Below, in pieces: positions 13,945 through 26,801 of a stretch of 64,000 nucleotides of DNA. The position numbers and the translations under genes were made by a program. The DNA comes from Octopus sinensis (lineage: Eukaryota), in NCBI RefSeq assembly GCF_006345805.1, contig NC_043003.1, positions 2,108,001-2,172,000 on the forward strand. Direction: 5' to 3'. The notes below the pieces were generated by a model. The model did no database searches, was not told the origin of the DNA, and was given only the letters and a program-made list of their open reading frames with translations. Positions within the stretch are counted from its first letter, which is position 1; each line of letters begins with the position of its first letter.

Positions 13945-14420
13945 CATCATCATCATCATTTAACGTCCGCTTTCCATGCTAGCATGGGTTGGACGGTTCA
14001 ACTGGGGTCTGGGGAGCCCGAAGGCTGCACCAGTCCAGTCAGATCTGGCAGTGTTTCTACAGCTGGATGCCCTTCCTAACGCCAACCACTCCGAGAGTGT
14101 AGTGGGTGATTTTATGTGCCACCGACACAGGTGCCAGACGAGGCTGGCAAACGGCCTCGCTCGGATGGTGTTTTTTATGTGCCACCGACACAGGTGCCAG
14201 ACGAGGCTGGCAGACGGCCACGCTCGGATGGTGTTTTTATGTGCCACCGACACAGGTGCCAGATGAGGCTGGCGAACGGCCACGATCGGATGGTGTTTGT
14301 TACGTGCCCACAGCACGGAGGCCAGTTGATGCGGTTCTGGCTACGGCCACGTTCGGATGGTTTTCTTGTGTGCCACGTGCCACCGGCACTGGTACCACAA
14401 AGATACAAATTCCATTGATG
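13945..14420 (-). mobile_element. SINE-like family C with (GAT)n tail and a variable number of internal ~62-nt repeats
   Basis: Conserved 3' block GGAGTGGTTGGCGTTAGGAAGGGCATCCAGCTGTAG...GCATGGAAAGCGGACGTTAAACGATGATGAT. About 20 copies, e.g. 2125-2275(-), 6565-6800(-), 11880-12130(+), 16900-17165(+), 17495-17870(-), 18020-18405(+), 26206-26454(-), 35720-36027(+), 36975-37140(+), 51500-51910(-), 52645-52791(+), 54180-54490(+). Confidence 0.88.
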
Positions 14421-15015
14421 TTCATCTATTTTGATTTGTTTTGATAAGAATGCATGTTTGTGTGTGTGTGTCGAATGTGCATGAAAACCCGCAACGGATG
14501 CTGATGCTTGCTCTTGTTCTCCTGACAAGCTGTTCGGTAGTTCTATACTTTCAGGGAACTAAAAATTTCCCCCCAACTTGAAAAACAGGGAAGGGGTTAG
14601 CAAGGCAAAAGGTGAAAAGCATCTGCTGGCCATAAAACAGTGCTTCAGTATTGTGTATTCTTCTAACTCATGCTCGTATGGGGAAACAGATGTAAGACAA
14701 AGACATCATCGTTATTCTTTAACGTCTGCCTTCCATGCTAGCTTGGGTGGGACAGTTTAACAAGAGCCGGCCAGTCAGAAACCTGCACCAGACTTCTGTG
14801 ACTGTTTTGACAGGATAAATGGGATGATTGAGTAAAGGAAGGCAGAGTTGTAGATGGTGAATGCTTTTGACAACTGCCCATATTGCCAATATGCTCAGCG
14901 CTGGAAAGAGGCGTTGCAAAAGGTGAATCTTGCTTTGTAACAAAGAAAAGTGTTGCTTCCTCTTTTATTGTTTGTATTTAAGTTTCTGCTAATGTCTTGT
15001 CTCTTTCCTCACCAG

Positions 15016-15198
15016 GCATCATTTCAACCGAATTCCCTTACGCCACTAACGTCGACATCATTTGATAATATTCATGAACTAAGAAACCAATTCAATGAAT
15101 TAACTATTATCGACCGACAGACGAGCAAACGTCCACCAAGTCACTACCTTTGTCATTTGTGTTTTAGAAAAGGGCATTATATCAAAGACTGCCCTCAG
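15016..15198 (+). CDS. ZCCHC24: ZCCHC24 internal coding exon (CCHC zinc knuckle)
   Basis: Acceptor ctctttcctcaccag, donor CAG|gtaagt. 183 nt, phase 0/0: [61 protein letters not shown], matching the [21 protein letters not shown] block I recognise from vertebrate ZCCHC24. Confidence 0.95.
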
Positions 15199-18100
15199 GT
15201 AAGTATCAAACGAATTTTACACACTTCTTGGCTTATTTTGGCACAAGGCCAACAATTTTAAGGGGAAGCGTTCCACAAAACCATAAACCCAGTCCATGAT
15301 TTATACTGGGTTCAATAAAAGGCCATGATGACACTAGTGAGATTTGAACTCAGAACATAAACAGCCAGAACGGACACCAAAAGCAGTTTTTCTCACAGTT
15401 CTGCCAGTCCACCACCTTGTGTTTTCTCTGGCTGTTGATGTTCTGAGTTGAAATCCTGCTGAGATCAACTTTGCCTTTCATTCTTTTAGGGGTCCATAAA
15501 ATAAAGCCCCAGTCAAGTGCTGGCAGCAATCTAATCAACTAACACCCTCCCACTAAAACTGCTGGCCTTCTGCCAAAATCTGAAGAACTTGTTGTTGTTG
15601 TTAAGGTGGTGAGTTTAGCAGAATCTTTGGCAGGGTGGGCAAAACACTTTGCAGCATTTTGCTTGTCTTTATGATCTGAGTTCAAATTCCACCAAAGTCG
15701 ACTTTGTCTTTCCTTCTTTTGGGGGTCTATGAAATAAGTACCAGTTGAATGCTGGGGGTCAATGTAATCAATTTGTCCCCTCTCCCCAAATTCCAGGACT
15801 TGTGCTTATAGCAGAAAGGATTATTATTATTGTTGTTGTTGTTGTTGCTGTGGATATTATTATTATTGAGTGAGAGAGCAGTGCATGCCATCAAAGTGAC
15901 ACTTGGGTACAAATATACGAAGCCCAGTATGCCCATTCTGACTACCTGTCTGATAAGGGTACACTAGGCACATGCATCACAACCATATGTGCGCGACATG
16001 GTGATCTCATATCAAGATAAACAGTGCATGACCTTGCAGGTGGGGCCCAGTTAGAATTTTCTTCTGGTTGAGTAACCCATCCCGCTCAAAAGGTCCCTGA
16101 ATAAGGATTGTTTAAGGATGTTGAACGAACCACCCATGTTTCCAAAGGTGATTTATCCAAACCTCCAAGAATTCCTCTCAACACATGGCTATGATGCTTC
16201 CCCACTACTTCTGCTCATGATCAGAGATGCACATATCAGCCATTAAGGGACATGCTCCACTGTCAAACAACTGACAAGCAAATCTGTGGCATTGAGCAGA
16301 ATATTTGCTGTATCCCATATTTTATAACAAGACAAAACAATGTACATGATAACACTTCCAATCAGTTAAGATCATTATTGTTGTTATTATTATTATTATT
16401 ATTATTTCAAACTAGCAGAGACACCTGGCGTTGCTTGGGGTTAAAATGACAGTTTTTTTATTGTTTTACTTCGTTTCAGTCACGTGACTGCAGCCATGCT
16501 GGAGCACCACCTTTAGTCGAACAAATCGACCCCAGGATTTATTCTTTGTAAGCCTAGTACTTATTCTATCGGTCACTTTTGCCAAACTGCTAAGTTACAG
16601 GGGACGTAAATACAGCAACAGTGGTTGTGAAGCAATAGTGGGGGTACAAACACAGACACACAAATACATACATATATTTGTATACGACGGGCTTCTTTCA
16701 GTTTCCGTGTACAAAGATCAGGAGGGTAGAGCCATTTAAGAAAGAGATAAATCAAGTAATTTCTAAAGATCATTTGAAACAATATTGTCTTATTGTATAA
16801 AGTTAAAAATTTAGGGTAATCAAGAAGATTATTAAGAATGAAATTTTAACGAAAGGATAAAACTTCTTTGAATATTTTGAGTAGATACCAACGTCGCCTT
16901 ACTGGCTCCTGTGCCAGTGGCATGTGTAAAAGGATTCGAGCGAGGTCATTGCCAGTACTGCCTGACTGGCCCTCGTGCCGGTGGCATGTAAAAAGCACCC
17001 ACTACACTCTCGGAGTGGTTGGCGTTAGGAAGGGCATCCAGCTGTAGAAACTCTGCCAGATCAAGATTGGGGCCTGGTGCAGCCATCTGGTTCACCAGCC
17101 CTCAGTCAAATCGTCCAACCCATGCTAGCATGGAAAGCGGACGTTAAATGATGATGATGATGATGAATAGAGGGAAGAAAAGAAAATTTTCTTTTAGGAT
17201 TTTATATATATATATAGATTATCATTGCCATTATTATTATTTTTTCTTTTGGAAACCTGTAACTAACGCCACTATTGATCAGAAGATTTATAATAGAAAT
17301 AAATATGGAGAAAACCTAAGTGGAAGATATTGATTAGCCATCAGGCTTGACCTTCAGTGATTGATCAGAGAGCAGGGCTATTATATAAGGACATTGATGA
17401 TAACTGTAGTCAAGAGAGATATCATCGGAGGGAATAGAAATGCATACAATAGAGAATATATCATAGACAGACAGCTGCAAGAAATTATATATCATCATCA
17501 TCATCATCGTTTAACGTCCGCTTTCGATGCTGGCATGGGTTGGACGGTTCGACCGGGGATCTGGGAAGCCAGGAGGCTGCACCAGGCTCCAGTCTGATCT
17601 GGCAGAGTTTCTACAGCTGGATGCCCTTCCTAACGCCAACCACTCCAAGAGTGTAGTAGGTGCTTTTTATATACCTCTGCTACAGGAGCCACAGGGGGCT
17701 GGCAATGACCACGATCGATTGGTGCTTTTTGCGTACCACCGACATGGAAGCCAGTCAAGGTGGCGTTGGTATCAGCCACGTTCAATTGGTGCTTTTTATG
17801 TGCTACCGGCACAAGGATCACTACTCCAATTTCCATTTGATCTTGGTTTTGATGCACTTGACTCAATAGGTCTCCTCATGCACTGCATGTCGTCCTACAA
17901 TCCAAGGTACTTTTGAGTGGACTGGTTGTGCGACACTGGTGTAGGTTACAGCTGTGAACTCACTTTATTTGCCAGGTCTTCTCAGTACCATACAAGTGAG
18001 ATTGTTGCCAGAGCAACAAGCTGGCCTCCATGCCGATGGCACATTAAAAACACCATTCGAGTGTGATCATTGCTTGCGTCGCCTTACCGGCACTTGTGCT

Positions 18101-18765
18101 GGTGGCACATGAAAAAACATTTGAGCGAGGTTGTTGCAAGTGCCGCTGGACTGGCTCATGTACAGGTGGCACATAAAAAGCACCATTTGAGCGTGGATGT
18201 TGCCAGTACCGCCTGACTGGCTCTCGTGCCAGTGGCACATAAAAGCACCCACTACACTCTCAGAGTGGTTGGCATTAGGAAGGGCATCTGGCTGTAGAAA
18301 CTCTGCCAGATCAGATTGGAGTCTGGTGCAGCCATCTGGTTCGCCAGCCCTCAATCAAAATCGTTCACCCCATGCTAGCATGGAAAGCGGACGTTAAACG
18401 ATGATATATATATATATATAATTTTTTATAGCCCTTTTTCTATGTGTGTGTAAAGTGGATGGTGTTAGGAAGAGTAACCCTTCTAGTCTAACAAAACACC
18501 TGTCAACAACAAGGGTAATTTTTTTATGACTTTCCATTTGTTTTCCTTTCTTTTGATTTATTTTATAGGATACAAATCCTTTGATTGCAAAATTAAATTT
18601 CACTCAATACATCTCAACAGAAAATAGTTTTATACATGACATTCCCCGTTTTTAAAAGTGCTTTCTGCAATTAAGATTAAAGAAATTTTGAGTGGTTATA
18701 TCCAACTTCTGTAGTGAAAGGATTAATTTATTTTGTTTTATATCAATGATTATATAAGACCTTAA

Positions 18766-18970
18766 CCCTTTCGGTACCAACCCTGCTGGTATACAAATGT
18801 CTTGTTTTCATAAGTTTTATATTAAAATCTTCTACCAAAATTTAGTCACAATTTATGTTCCTAACATTAGCTTAATGATAACTAAGTTATTTTACTAAAT
18901 TCTTTGTTATATTTTAAATTAATTGAAAGAAACACAGAGCATCTCAACAGAAATAATGGTAACAAAAGGG
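18766..18970 (+). mobile_element. piggyBac-type MITE (TTAA target)
   Basis: TTAA|CCCTTT...AAAGGG|TTAA, 205 bp. Related copies near 32578-32797 and 46712-46934. Confidence 0.75.
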
Positions 18971-19012
18971 TTAAAATATATAATAGAGAAACAATTCTTA
19001 AAAATCAAGTAA

Positions 19013-19231
<219 letters not shown>

Positions 19232-20196
19232 TAAATCTTTTGTTTTTTACTAGCTTCAGTTATTGGATTGCGGCCATGCTGGGGCACTTCATTGAAGGGT
19301 TTTTGTCAAACAAATCGAACCCAGTATTTATTTTTAAGACTGGTACTTATATTCTATCAATTTTGTTTTGCTGAACTGCTATGTTGTGGGGATGTAAACA
19401 AACCAACACCAGTTGTCAAGCAGTGGGACACACACACACACATATGAGTATATGTATGAAAGGCTTCCACGCAGTTTCCGTTTCCTTGATTTACTTACAA
19501 GACATTGGTTGGCCCAGAGCTATTGTAAAAAACAGTTGCCCAAAGTGCCATGCAGTGGAACTGAACTCAAAACCACCTGGCCACAAAGTATGCTTCTTAA
19601 CCACAGAGCCATGTCAGCCTCTCTTTATCTCTCAATGATGAAGTCCAGTGAGTTCCAACAGAATAGTTCCTTCTGCAATTAATGGTAGTACAATAGTTTG
19701 GAAAAGTTGTGTTTAATTCTTCTGACATGGAAACGTTACCTGGAATGGCTCCAACATTCTATCTCTGCTGGTGGCTGGGGGTCTCTCTTATCAGCTTAAT
19801 ATCATAGAATCTTATAATATAAAATAAATAAAAATTAAACATTTTTAAAAATATTCTAAATATTTAACTTTTTGTTACCATATTTCTGTTGAAACACATT
19901 GGTTTTATTTTAATTAGGTTTTGAAAATAATAAAGAATTTAGTTAAATAGCTTTGTCATTATTAAATTGGCGTTTGGAACATAAATTAACATAAAATTTT
20001 AATGGAAGAAAGTTTTAATTAAGATTAGTTTAAAACAGGTGATTTGTAACATAGAACTAACGATTGGTTTTTAAAAAAGATTAAATAAAAATTTTAAGTG
20101 TCAAAAGAAAATAAATTTAAATATATTAATGATGTATCAAAAGGGTCAATTAAAATGTTAAATATAAAAAAAAAAATTATGGTTAAATATTCTAAT

Positions 20197-20620
20197 AGGT
20201 GCAGGAGTGGCTGTGTGGTAAGTAGCTTGCTAACCAACCACATGGTTCCAGGTTCAGTCCCACTGCGTGGCATCTTGGGCAAGTGTCTTCTGCTATAGCC
20301 CCAGGCCGACCAATGCCTTGTGAGTGGATTTGGTAGACGGAAACTGAAAGAAGCCCGTCATATATATGTATATATATATATATGTATGTATGTGTGTTTG
20401 TGTGTCTGTGTTTGTCCCCCTAGCATTGCTTGACAACCGATGCTGGTGTGTTTACGTCCCCGTCACTTAGCGGTTCGGCAAAAAAGAGACCGATAGAATA
20501 AGTACTGGGCTTACAAAGAATAAGTCCCGGGGTTGATTTGCTCGACTAAAGGCGGTGCTCCAGCATGGCCGCAGTCAAATGACTGAAACAAGTAAAAGAG
20601 TAAAAAGAGAGAGTAAAGAG
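20197..20620 (+). mobile_element. SINE family A (tRNA-derived head, internal microsatellite, GTAAAAGA tail), full-length copy
   Basis: A box TGGCTGTGTGG and B box GGTTCAGTCCC. Other copies or fragments near 2324-2697(+), 4521-5180(+), 6959-7130(+), 10135-10530(+), 16460-16710(-), 19240-19620(-), 38145-38550(+), 38770-39138(-), 45190-45600(-), 53545-53980(+), 55895-56255(-). Confidence 0.9.
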
Positions 20621-20889
20621 TAATTCTCTTATGCATTTCAGCCCAAAGGCTGTGGCCATGCTGGAGTGCCACCACTGTTACAATGTTTTCAGTGGCTATT
20701 CTTTTGTGATTCACTTTTGGTGAAGGGTCAGCCCAAGGCTGTAATAGTAGACATTTGCCGAAAGTGCCATGTAGTGGGACTGAACTCAGCACCATGTGGT
20801 CAGGAAGCAAATTTCTTACCACACGGCCACGCCTATGTACTACTTTATCTAATTTAAAATAATATTCAGTTTTTATTGCAACTTATTGA

Positions 20890-21024
<135 letters not shown>

Positions 21025-24000
21025 ATTTACCATTAATAGTGACAAGGAAATGACCATTGAAACAAGTTTTAATGTGAAGTTATATAACAGAACATTTATG
21101 AAATCTGGATTTGCATATTTGATTGTAAAAATTACTAATTGAATTATGTCTGTTTTCAAAGAGTTTAACATTTCTAAAGTTGAAGATTCAACCATCCACT
21201 GGCATCAATTTACCGTTTTGATTTTTAACATTACGAATTATTCACTCTACATAAGTCAAGTAGCTTCTGAAAAAGTGTGTAATTATATGAGAAGCCTAAA
21301 TTATTTTAACTTTGTTTATATATATATATATTTGTGTGTGTATGTATATATAAAGGTATTTGAATTTGTACAAATAATAATAATAATGATATATATATAT
21401 ATACATTTATGAGTAAAATTGTTGTATACTTTTTAATTAACTCTTGGGTGTTGAGCCAAATGTATAGCCGAGAAACTGATGACGTTTATTATATGCATTT
21501 TTAATTAATTTTTAAACATTAATGAAGACATTTAAAGTTTTGGTTGTCAGTGTTTTATGTCTTTTAACTAATCATTTCGTTACATTTTAAAATGTCAAGA
21601 GATTTAAACTAATCACAATCATTCTGAATTTTCCCTCATCTTTAAAGTCAGCACCAAAATCATCGTAGCCATCGCCATTTAACATGTTTTTCCATGCTGG
21701 CATGAGTTGGACGGTTCAGTAGGACCTAAAAAGCTAAAGGGCTGCACCAAACCCCACTTGTCTGGTTTAGCATGATTTCTACAGCTAGATGCCCTTCCCT
21801 AACACCAGCCACTTTACCGCGTGCACTGGGTGATTTTTTTTTTTTCCAAGGCATCTGCCCTAGTGGAAGCATTGTATTTTATGCATTTCTTCATGCTGGC
21901 CTGGGTTGAACTGATTCATAATTTACCTATTTCTTTACTACCCACAAGGGGCTAAACACAGAGGGGACAAACAAGGACAGACAAATGGATTAAGTCGATT
22001 ATATCGACCCCCAGTGTGTAACTGGTACTTATTTAATCGATCCTGAAAGGATGAAAGGCAAAGTCGACCTCGGCAGAATTTGAACTCAGAACGTAACGGC
22101 AGACGAAATACTGCTAAGCATTCCGGCCAACGTGCTAACGTTTCTGCCAGCTTGCTGCCTGATTCATAATTTACCATTCTACATACGTTGGTCTTTGATT
22201 ATCCCTTCAGTGAATCCTTTTTCCAGAAACAAGATTGATTTGATATAATCTCAGACCATTTTTAATTGCTTCCATCTTCTATTGAAATTTCTCCTCTACT
22301 GGCCATCTTTGTACACTTGAAAGCTTTTTTTTTTTGCTGACTGTATTTATATATAGAAATATGCAAATTTATATGCACAATTAAACTTAATTGGAGCAGG
22401 GAAGATGCACACTTTATTTTCTGGCTTACAAGTTGAATTTCTCTCATCAAAATTATAAAAGGTTAGGCTGACAACTTTGGATGACCAAAAATTCCATATG
22501 GAATGCAGCAAGATTTGAAAAGAGTGTGACGATGTTTGAAATTTTTGCACTACATGTTTACACTACATGTTTACACTACATACTTCACTGACTTGTATGC
22601 AAGGAAATACAGTATCAGTCATTCAAAGATAGAGTTAACTTTAAGAACTTACCACTGAATGCCAAAATTCTCACCCCACCAACTGCAACCTGGTCACTGA
22701 CACAGTTCCAGTGCAACACATGATCTCAGATCAAAACACTGGTCAAACTTAACTGTATTACCTTTATTGCTTCTCATCCACCCCACTCCCAAAATACCCA
22801 CAGAATTATTTCTTCTACCAATGGCTTTAAAATTTCATTAAAGTGCCAAACTATAAAGAAGGATTTTAAAAAAATGTTCTGATTATTGCTTTAAATATTT
22901 TTCTTACATGTAATTTACACTACATCAATATTTCCCCTCCCCTCCAATGAAATACATGTGGAAGTGTGTGGACTGGTGGTTAGGGCATTGCACTCACAAT
23001 CACTAGATCATGAGTTCAATTGCTGGACTGGGCAGTGTGTTGTGTTCTTGAGCAAAACACTTCACTTTATGTTGGTCCAGTCCACTCAGCTGTAAATGGG
23101 TACACCCCTGCAAATGAACAGCCCTCTCATCAGGAGAAGAATGTTGTTCTGCTCACCTAGTCAGCAGGATGGCATCATTTGAAAGTTAAGACAATGTGAA
23201 GCACACTGTGATCAGTGATGTGTAACAACATCCGATTGTCTGGTCCATACTTTGTTACTGTGATCAATTACACAGTGTAAAAACTCATCATGGAATACCA
23301 TTCCTTGTGTAAGCTCTTCAAACGGAATGTTATTACCAATTTTACATTCATTTTAATTTTTGAGACGTACTTATCAGGCAAAGGGTTTGATCTGAGACTT
23401 TGTGTTGAACCTACAACAATTGCAGAGTGGAGGACCCTTGTTTTAGCCAGTCAAAACCACACAAAAACCTCTTAACTTAAACATTTATTATTTGATGTCA
23501 ACATTTTCGTGCACGAAAACAGTGAATCGGTCGCAGACGTGGTTTCATAGCAGATCTTGACTTATCTGTTGATTCATTTTAGATTATGCTCAAAACCCCT
23601 AAAATTATGAATATCAGAAAACCCAAATAAGGGTTGGAAGTTTTTCGTGTTTTTTTGTAAAATCAGAATCACTCACAGAATATCTTTGACAAGTAATTCA
23701 CACCAAATATATATAATTATTATATTTAATGAAATTGTATTTTTTATTTTATTTATGTTTGTTGATTTATTTTAGTTTTGCAAGATTTTCTTTTCCAAAA
23801 AATAGTTCTAATTATCCCTGCACCAGTTATATTACATAGCAGTTATTTGGACCAGTGATGGAATTATTTAACGAAGCATATAAATAAAATAAAAGAATTC
23901 TGCGAAAATTTGTTGGGTGGGGTGGTCTGCATTGATAAGAATGATTGAGTAAAGTTTGAAGAATTACAAGAATCCTAATGTATTGAGTCAAAATCTTTGA

Positions 24001-24470
24001 TTGGCCATGAAGTGTTTCTCAATCAATCTCCTTTAACGAAACCGCCCAAAGCTGCCTGAAAAAAATTTTGGTTAATGTGACCAAACCGCCCAAATTTACC
24101 TATTCATATTTAAATGAGAATATCACAGCAAATCTCATTAGTACATTTGTGAAAACACGTGATTATACTTCGTAAACAGTTCATCTACAGTTTTGTACAA
24201 TGATCGACGTGTAATTTAAATTCCCTGAATTTTGGGAGATTTTTTTCCACATTTTTTTCGGCATCGATTTTTCTTCAACTTTGAAAATGGATTGGAGTTT
24301 CATGTTATCAAGCATTGATTCTGAATTGGAAAATTTGTGAAGCAAATACTGGGTACTGCGTGGATTTAGTTTTTATACAGGGAAAATAATGTTAGTCAGC
24401 ATGGCCTAGGGAATGATGTGGTCTGGAATTTATCACTTCCATACCATAACCAGGGCCGTATATTATTTTT

Positions 24471-24669
24471 TGACCGATTTCTTTAGTTCGGTCAAACTTG
24501 TGGTGGATTCCAGTAGTTCACTTTATTCCACCTTTATGGTACACCTGTTGTGCATTAAATTCAACTGATGACCGATTTCTTTAGTTCGGTCAAACTTGCG
24601 GTGGATTCCAGTAGTTCACTTTATTCCACCTTTATGGTACACCTGTTGTGCATTAAATTCAACTGATGA
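24471..24669. repeat. 98-bp direct tandem duplication
   Basis: 24471-24568 is repeated at 24569-24666 with one mismatch (tgtggt/tgcggt). Confidence 0.95.
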
Positions 24670-24756
24670 TTGTGCACAATTCTTCTTTATCAAAATTTTG
24701 TTGCATACCCATTTGAATATTAGCTGATGATTCATTTTCTATGGTGATGTTTAAAC

Positions 24757-24822
24757 AAAATTTTAATATTTTTACCTTTTGCTCAATTTAAAATTTTAAT
24801 ATTTTTACCTTTTGCTCAATTT
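24757..24822. repeat. 33-bp tandem duplication
   Basis: AAAATTTTAATATTTTTACCTTTTGCTCAATTT twice. Confidence 0.9.
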
Positions 24823-25137
24823 ACCTGTAATTAGTCACTTTGAGACAAAAGTTATGCAATAGAATTGATTAAGAACCCTTTCTTTAATTATGTTCCAAAT
24901 ATCACATTAATATGTTGATAAGTAAAAAAGTTAGTTATTTAATGAAACAAGCCTAGATTCATGATTATTTTAGAATTTAATTGAAACTCATGAGGGGTGT
25001 ATTTTGGTCAGAAATATAGTAACGAAAGGGTTAATGCAAAACTTGGCATCTTACATCAAGATTCTCTTATATTCACAGCTGAGAACCTCAACAAATTTTA
25101 CAACCATCCTTTGTTATATAGAGGTTCAAAATTGTAC

Positions 25138-25174
<37 letters not shown>

Positions 25175-25224
25175 GAGGGAACAACAAAGTGTGTTAGTTT
25201 GGACGCTCAAGAAAATGAAAGTGT

Positions 25225-25260
25225 CTTTGATGTTTCGAGCCTCTGCTCTTCGACAGAAAG
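25225..25260 (-). ncRNA. Decayed minimal hammerhead-like motif
   Basis: Reverse complement CTTT-CTGTCGA-A-GAGC(AGAG)GCTC-GAAA-CA-TC-AAAG; perfect stems I and II, with one core and one stem III substitution. Confidence 0.45.
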
Positions 25261-26117
25261 GAATGAGAAAACAAACGGAGAGAGAAAAAGAACAAGTCTG
25301 GATTAATGGTTGCGCTTGTTGAATTTACTTTTGAGGTAGTTTAATAACAATTTTGCTGTCTTACGTCTATTTTAGTCTTTCTTTGGTTTCAGTCACTGGG
25401 CTGTGGCCATGCTGGTGCACCACTTTGAAGAGTCTCAGTCGATCGTGTCCTCCAAAGTATTTATTTCAGTCTCCTCATCAACTGTGCTTACTTTCCACAG
25501 CAGCTCCAGACTGGCCGCTGGGAGTGGATGACATAAAATCCATAAACTTCCCAGATCACATCATACCAATGCCTCTCAGCCTGAGATAATGATCTTCTCA
25601 AATTCCACCAAAAAAGGTGATCAAGTGGGGACTGATTGTACCCTGGGAAGGACACGTGGGGCATGCTCATTGGAGGAAACTTGCCAAATGCCAGGAGCTG
25701 GTAGAGCAGTGCAGAAATCAGGACTGGTAATTAAAGTAGTTTTGTAGGGCATTCAAAGTTCTGAATGGGTTGGAGTTACTGCAGAGGGGGCCACTAGGGT
25801 GGCTTTGGATAAAGAGAACAGGCTGGTGGTTTGCTGCTATTGGGATCTGATCAACCCTAGCAGGATCAAGTGGACAAGGAAGTTTGATGTTGAGAGTTCT
25901 GATCCGCTCCCCAAAAACCCCAGAAGCTTCACTGGTGATGTGTATCAGAATATCCATGAGATGGATTTTAGAACTAATGATTTCTATCAAACGAACTAAA
26001 TGCTAAATACCAAGATTCCGAGTTCGATTCCAGGCAGTGACCTGAATAATAATAATAATAATAATAACATCGAAAAATACTTTAGGAATGAGAACCCAGG
26101 TTCAAAATTTCCCCCAA

Positions 26118-26163
26118 GACACCTGATGAAGGCTGGAGGATATATCAGCCGAAATGTTGTGTT
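26118..26163 (+). ncRNA. Minimal type I hammerhead-like motif (Penelope pLTR type)
   Basis: GACAC-CTGATGA-A-GGCTG(GAGGATATAT)CAGCC-GAAA-TG-TT-GTGTT: 5-bp stem I, perfect 5-bp stem II, loopless stem III. Confidence 0.6.
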
Positions 26164-26801
26164 AACAACAAATAAGATGAGGACAAATATTCATCAAATG
26201 TAAATCATCATCATCGTTTAGCGTCCGCTTTCCATGCTGGCATGGGTTGGACGGTGCAACTGGGGTCTGGGAAGCCAGAAGGCTGCACCAGGCCCAGTCT
26301 GATCTGGCAATGCTTCTACGGCTGGATGCCCTTCCTAACGCCAGCCACTCCATGAGTGTAGTGGGTGCTTTTTACGTGCCACCGGCACAGGTGCCAGACG
26401 AGGCTGGCAAACAGCAATGATTGGATGGTGCTTTTTACGTGCCACCGGCACGGGTGTACATAATTCTTCATCTCTTAAATATAGAACTGTATGAACTAAA
26501 TACTACCTTTTAATTTAAAGGGACATAACACACACACATTTAATGTATACAGTATAGCGATAATAGCTTCTTCCTTAGGAGACATGCGTTTAAGTAGGTT
26601 TTTAATAACATGCCGTGTTCTCCAAGCAATCTTCAGGTTCTCAGCACATGGTCTATTCTATTTGAAAATCAGAGTGCTGGTATATGAAAAATCATGAGAA
26701 AAAAAAATGAAGAGAAAGTTGGTGCAAAAGGTGGAAGGATAAATAAAATGGAAAGAAAAAATTAGAGTTATGTCCCCTTCGACCATAGAAGTATAAGTGA
26801 A

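Noticed and set aside
14114-14390. 62-nt periodic repeats as a CRISPR array or tandem hammerheads (CAGATGA...GAAC)
   Set aside because: They are internal repeats of a SINE with no spacers; the core is CAGA rather than CUGA and stem II does not pair.
20197-20270. SINE heads as functional tRNA genes
   Set aside because: A and B boxes are present but cloverleaves are incomplete and run into SINE bodies; no true tRNA gene is supported in the window.
24566-24600. CTGATGA-CCGA...TCGG-TCAAA as a hammerhead
   Set aside because: Created by the junction of the 98-bp duplication; no GAAA and no stem I.
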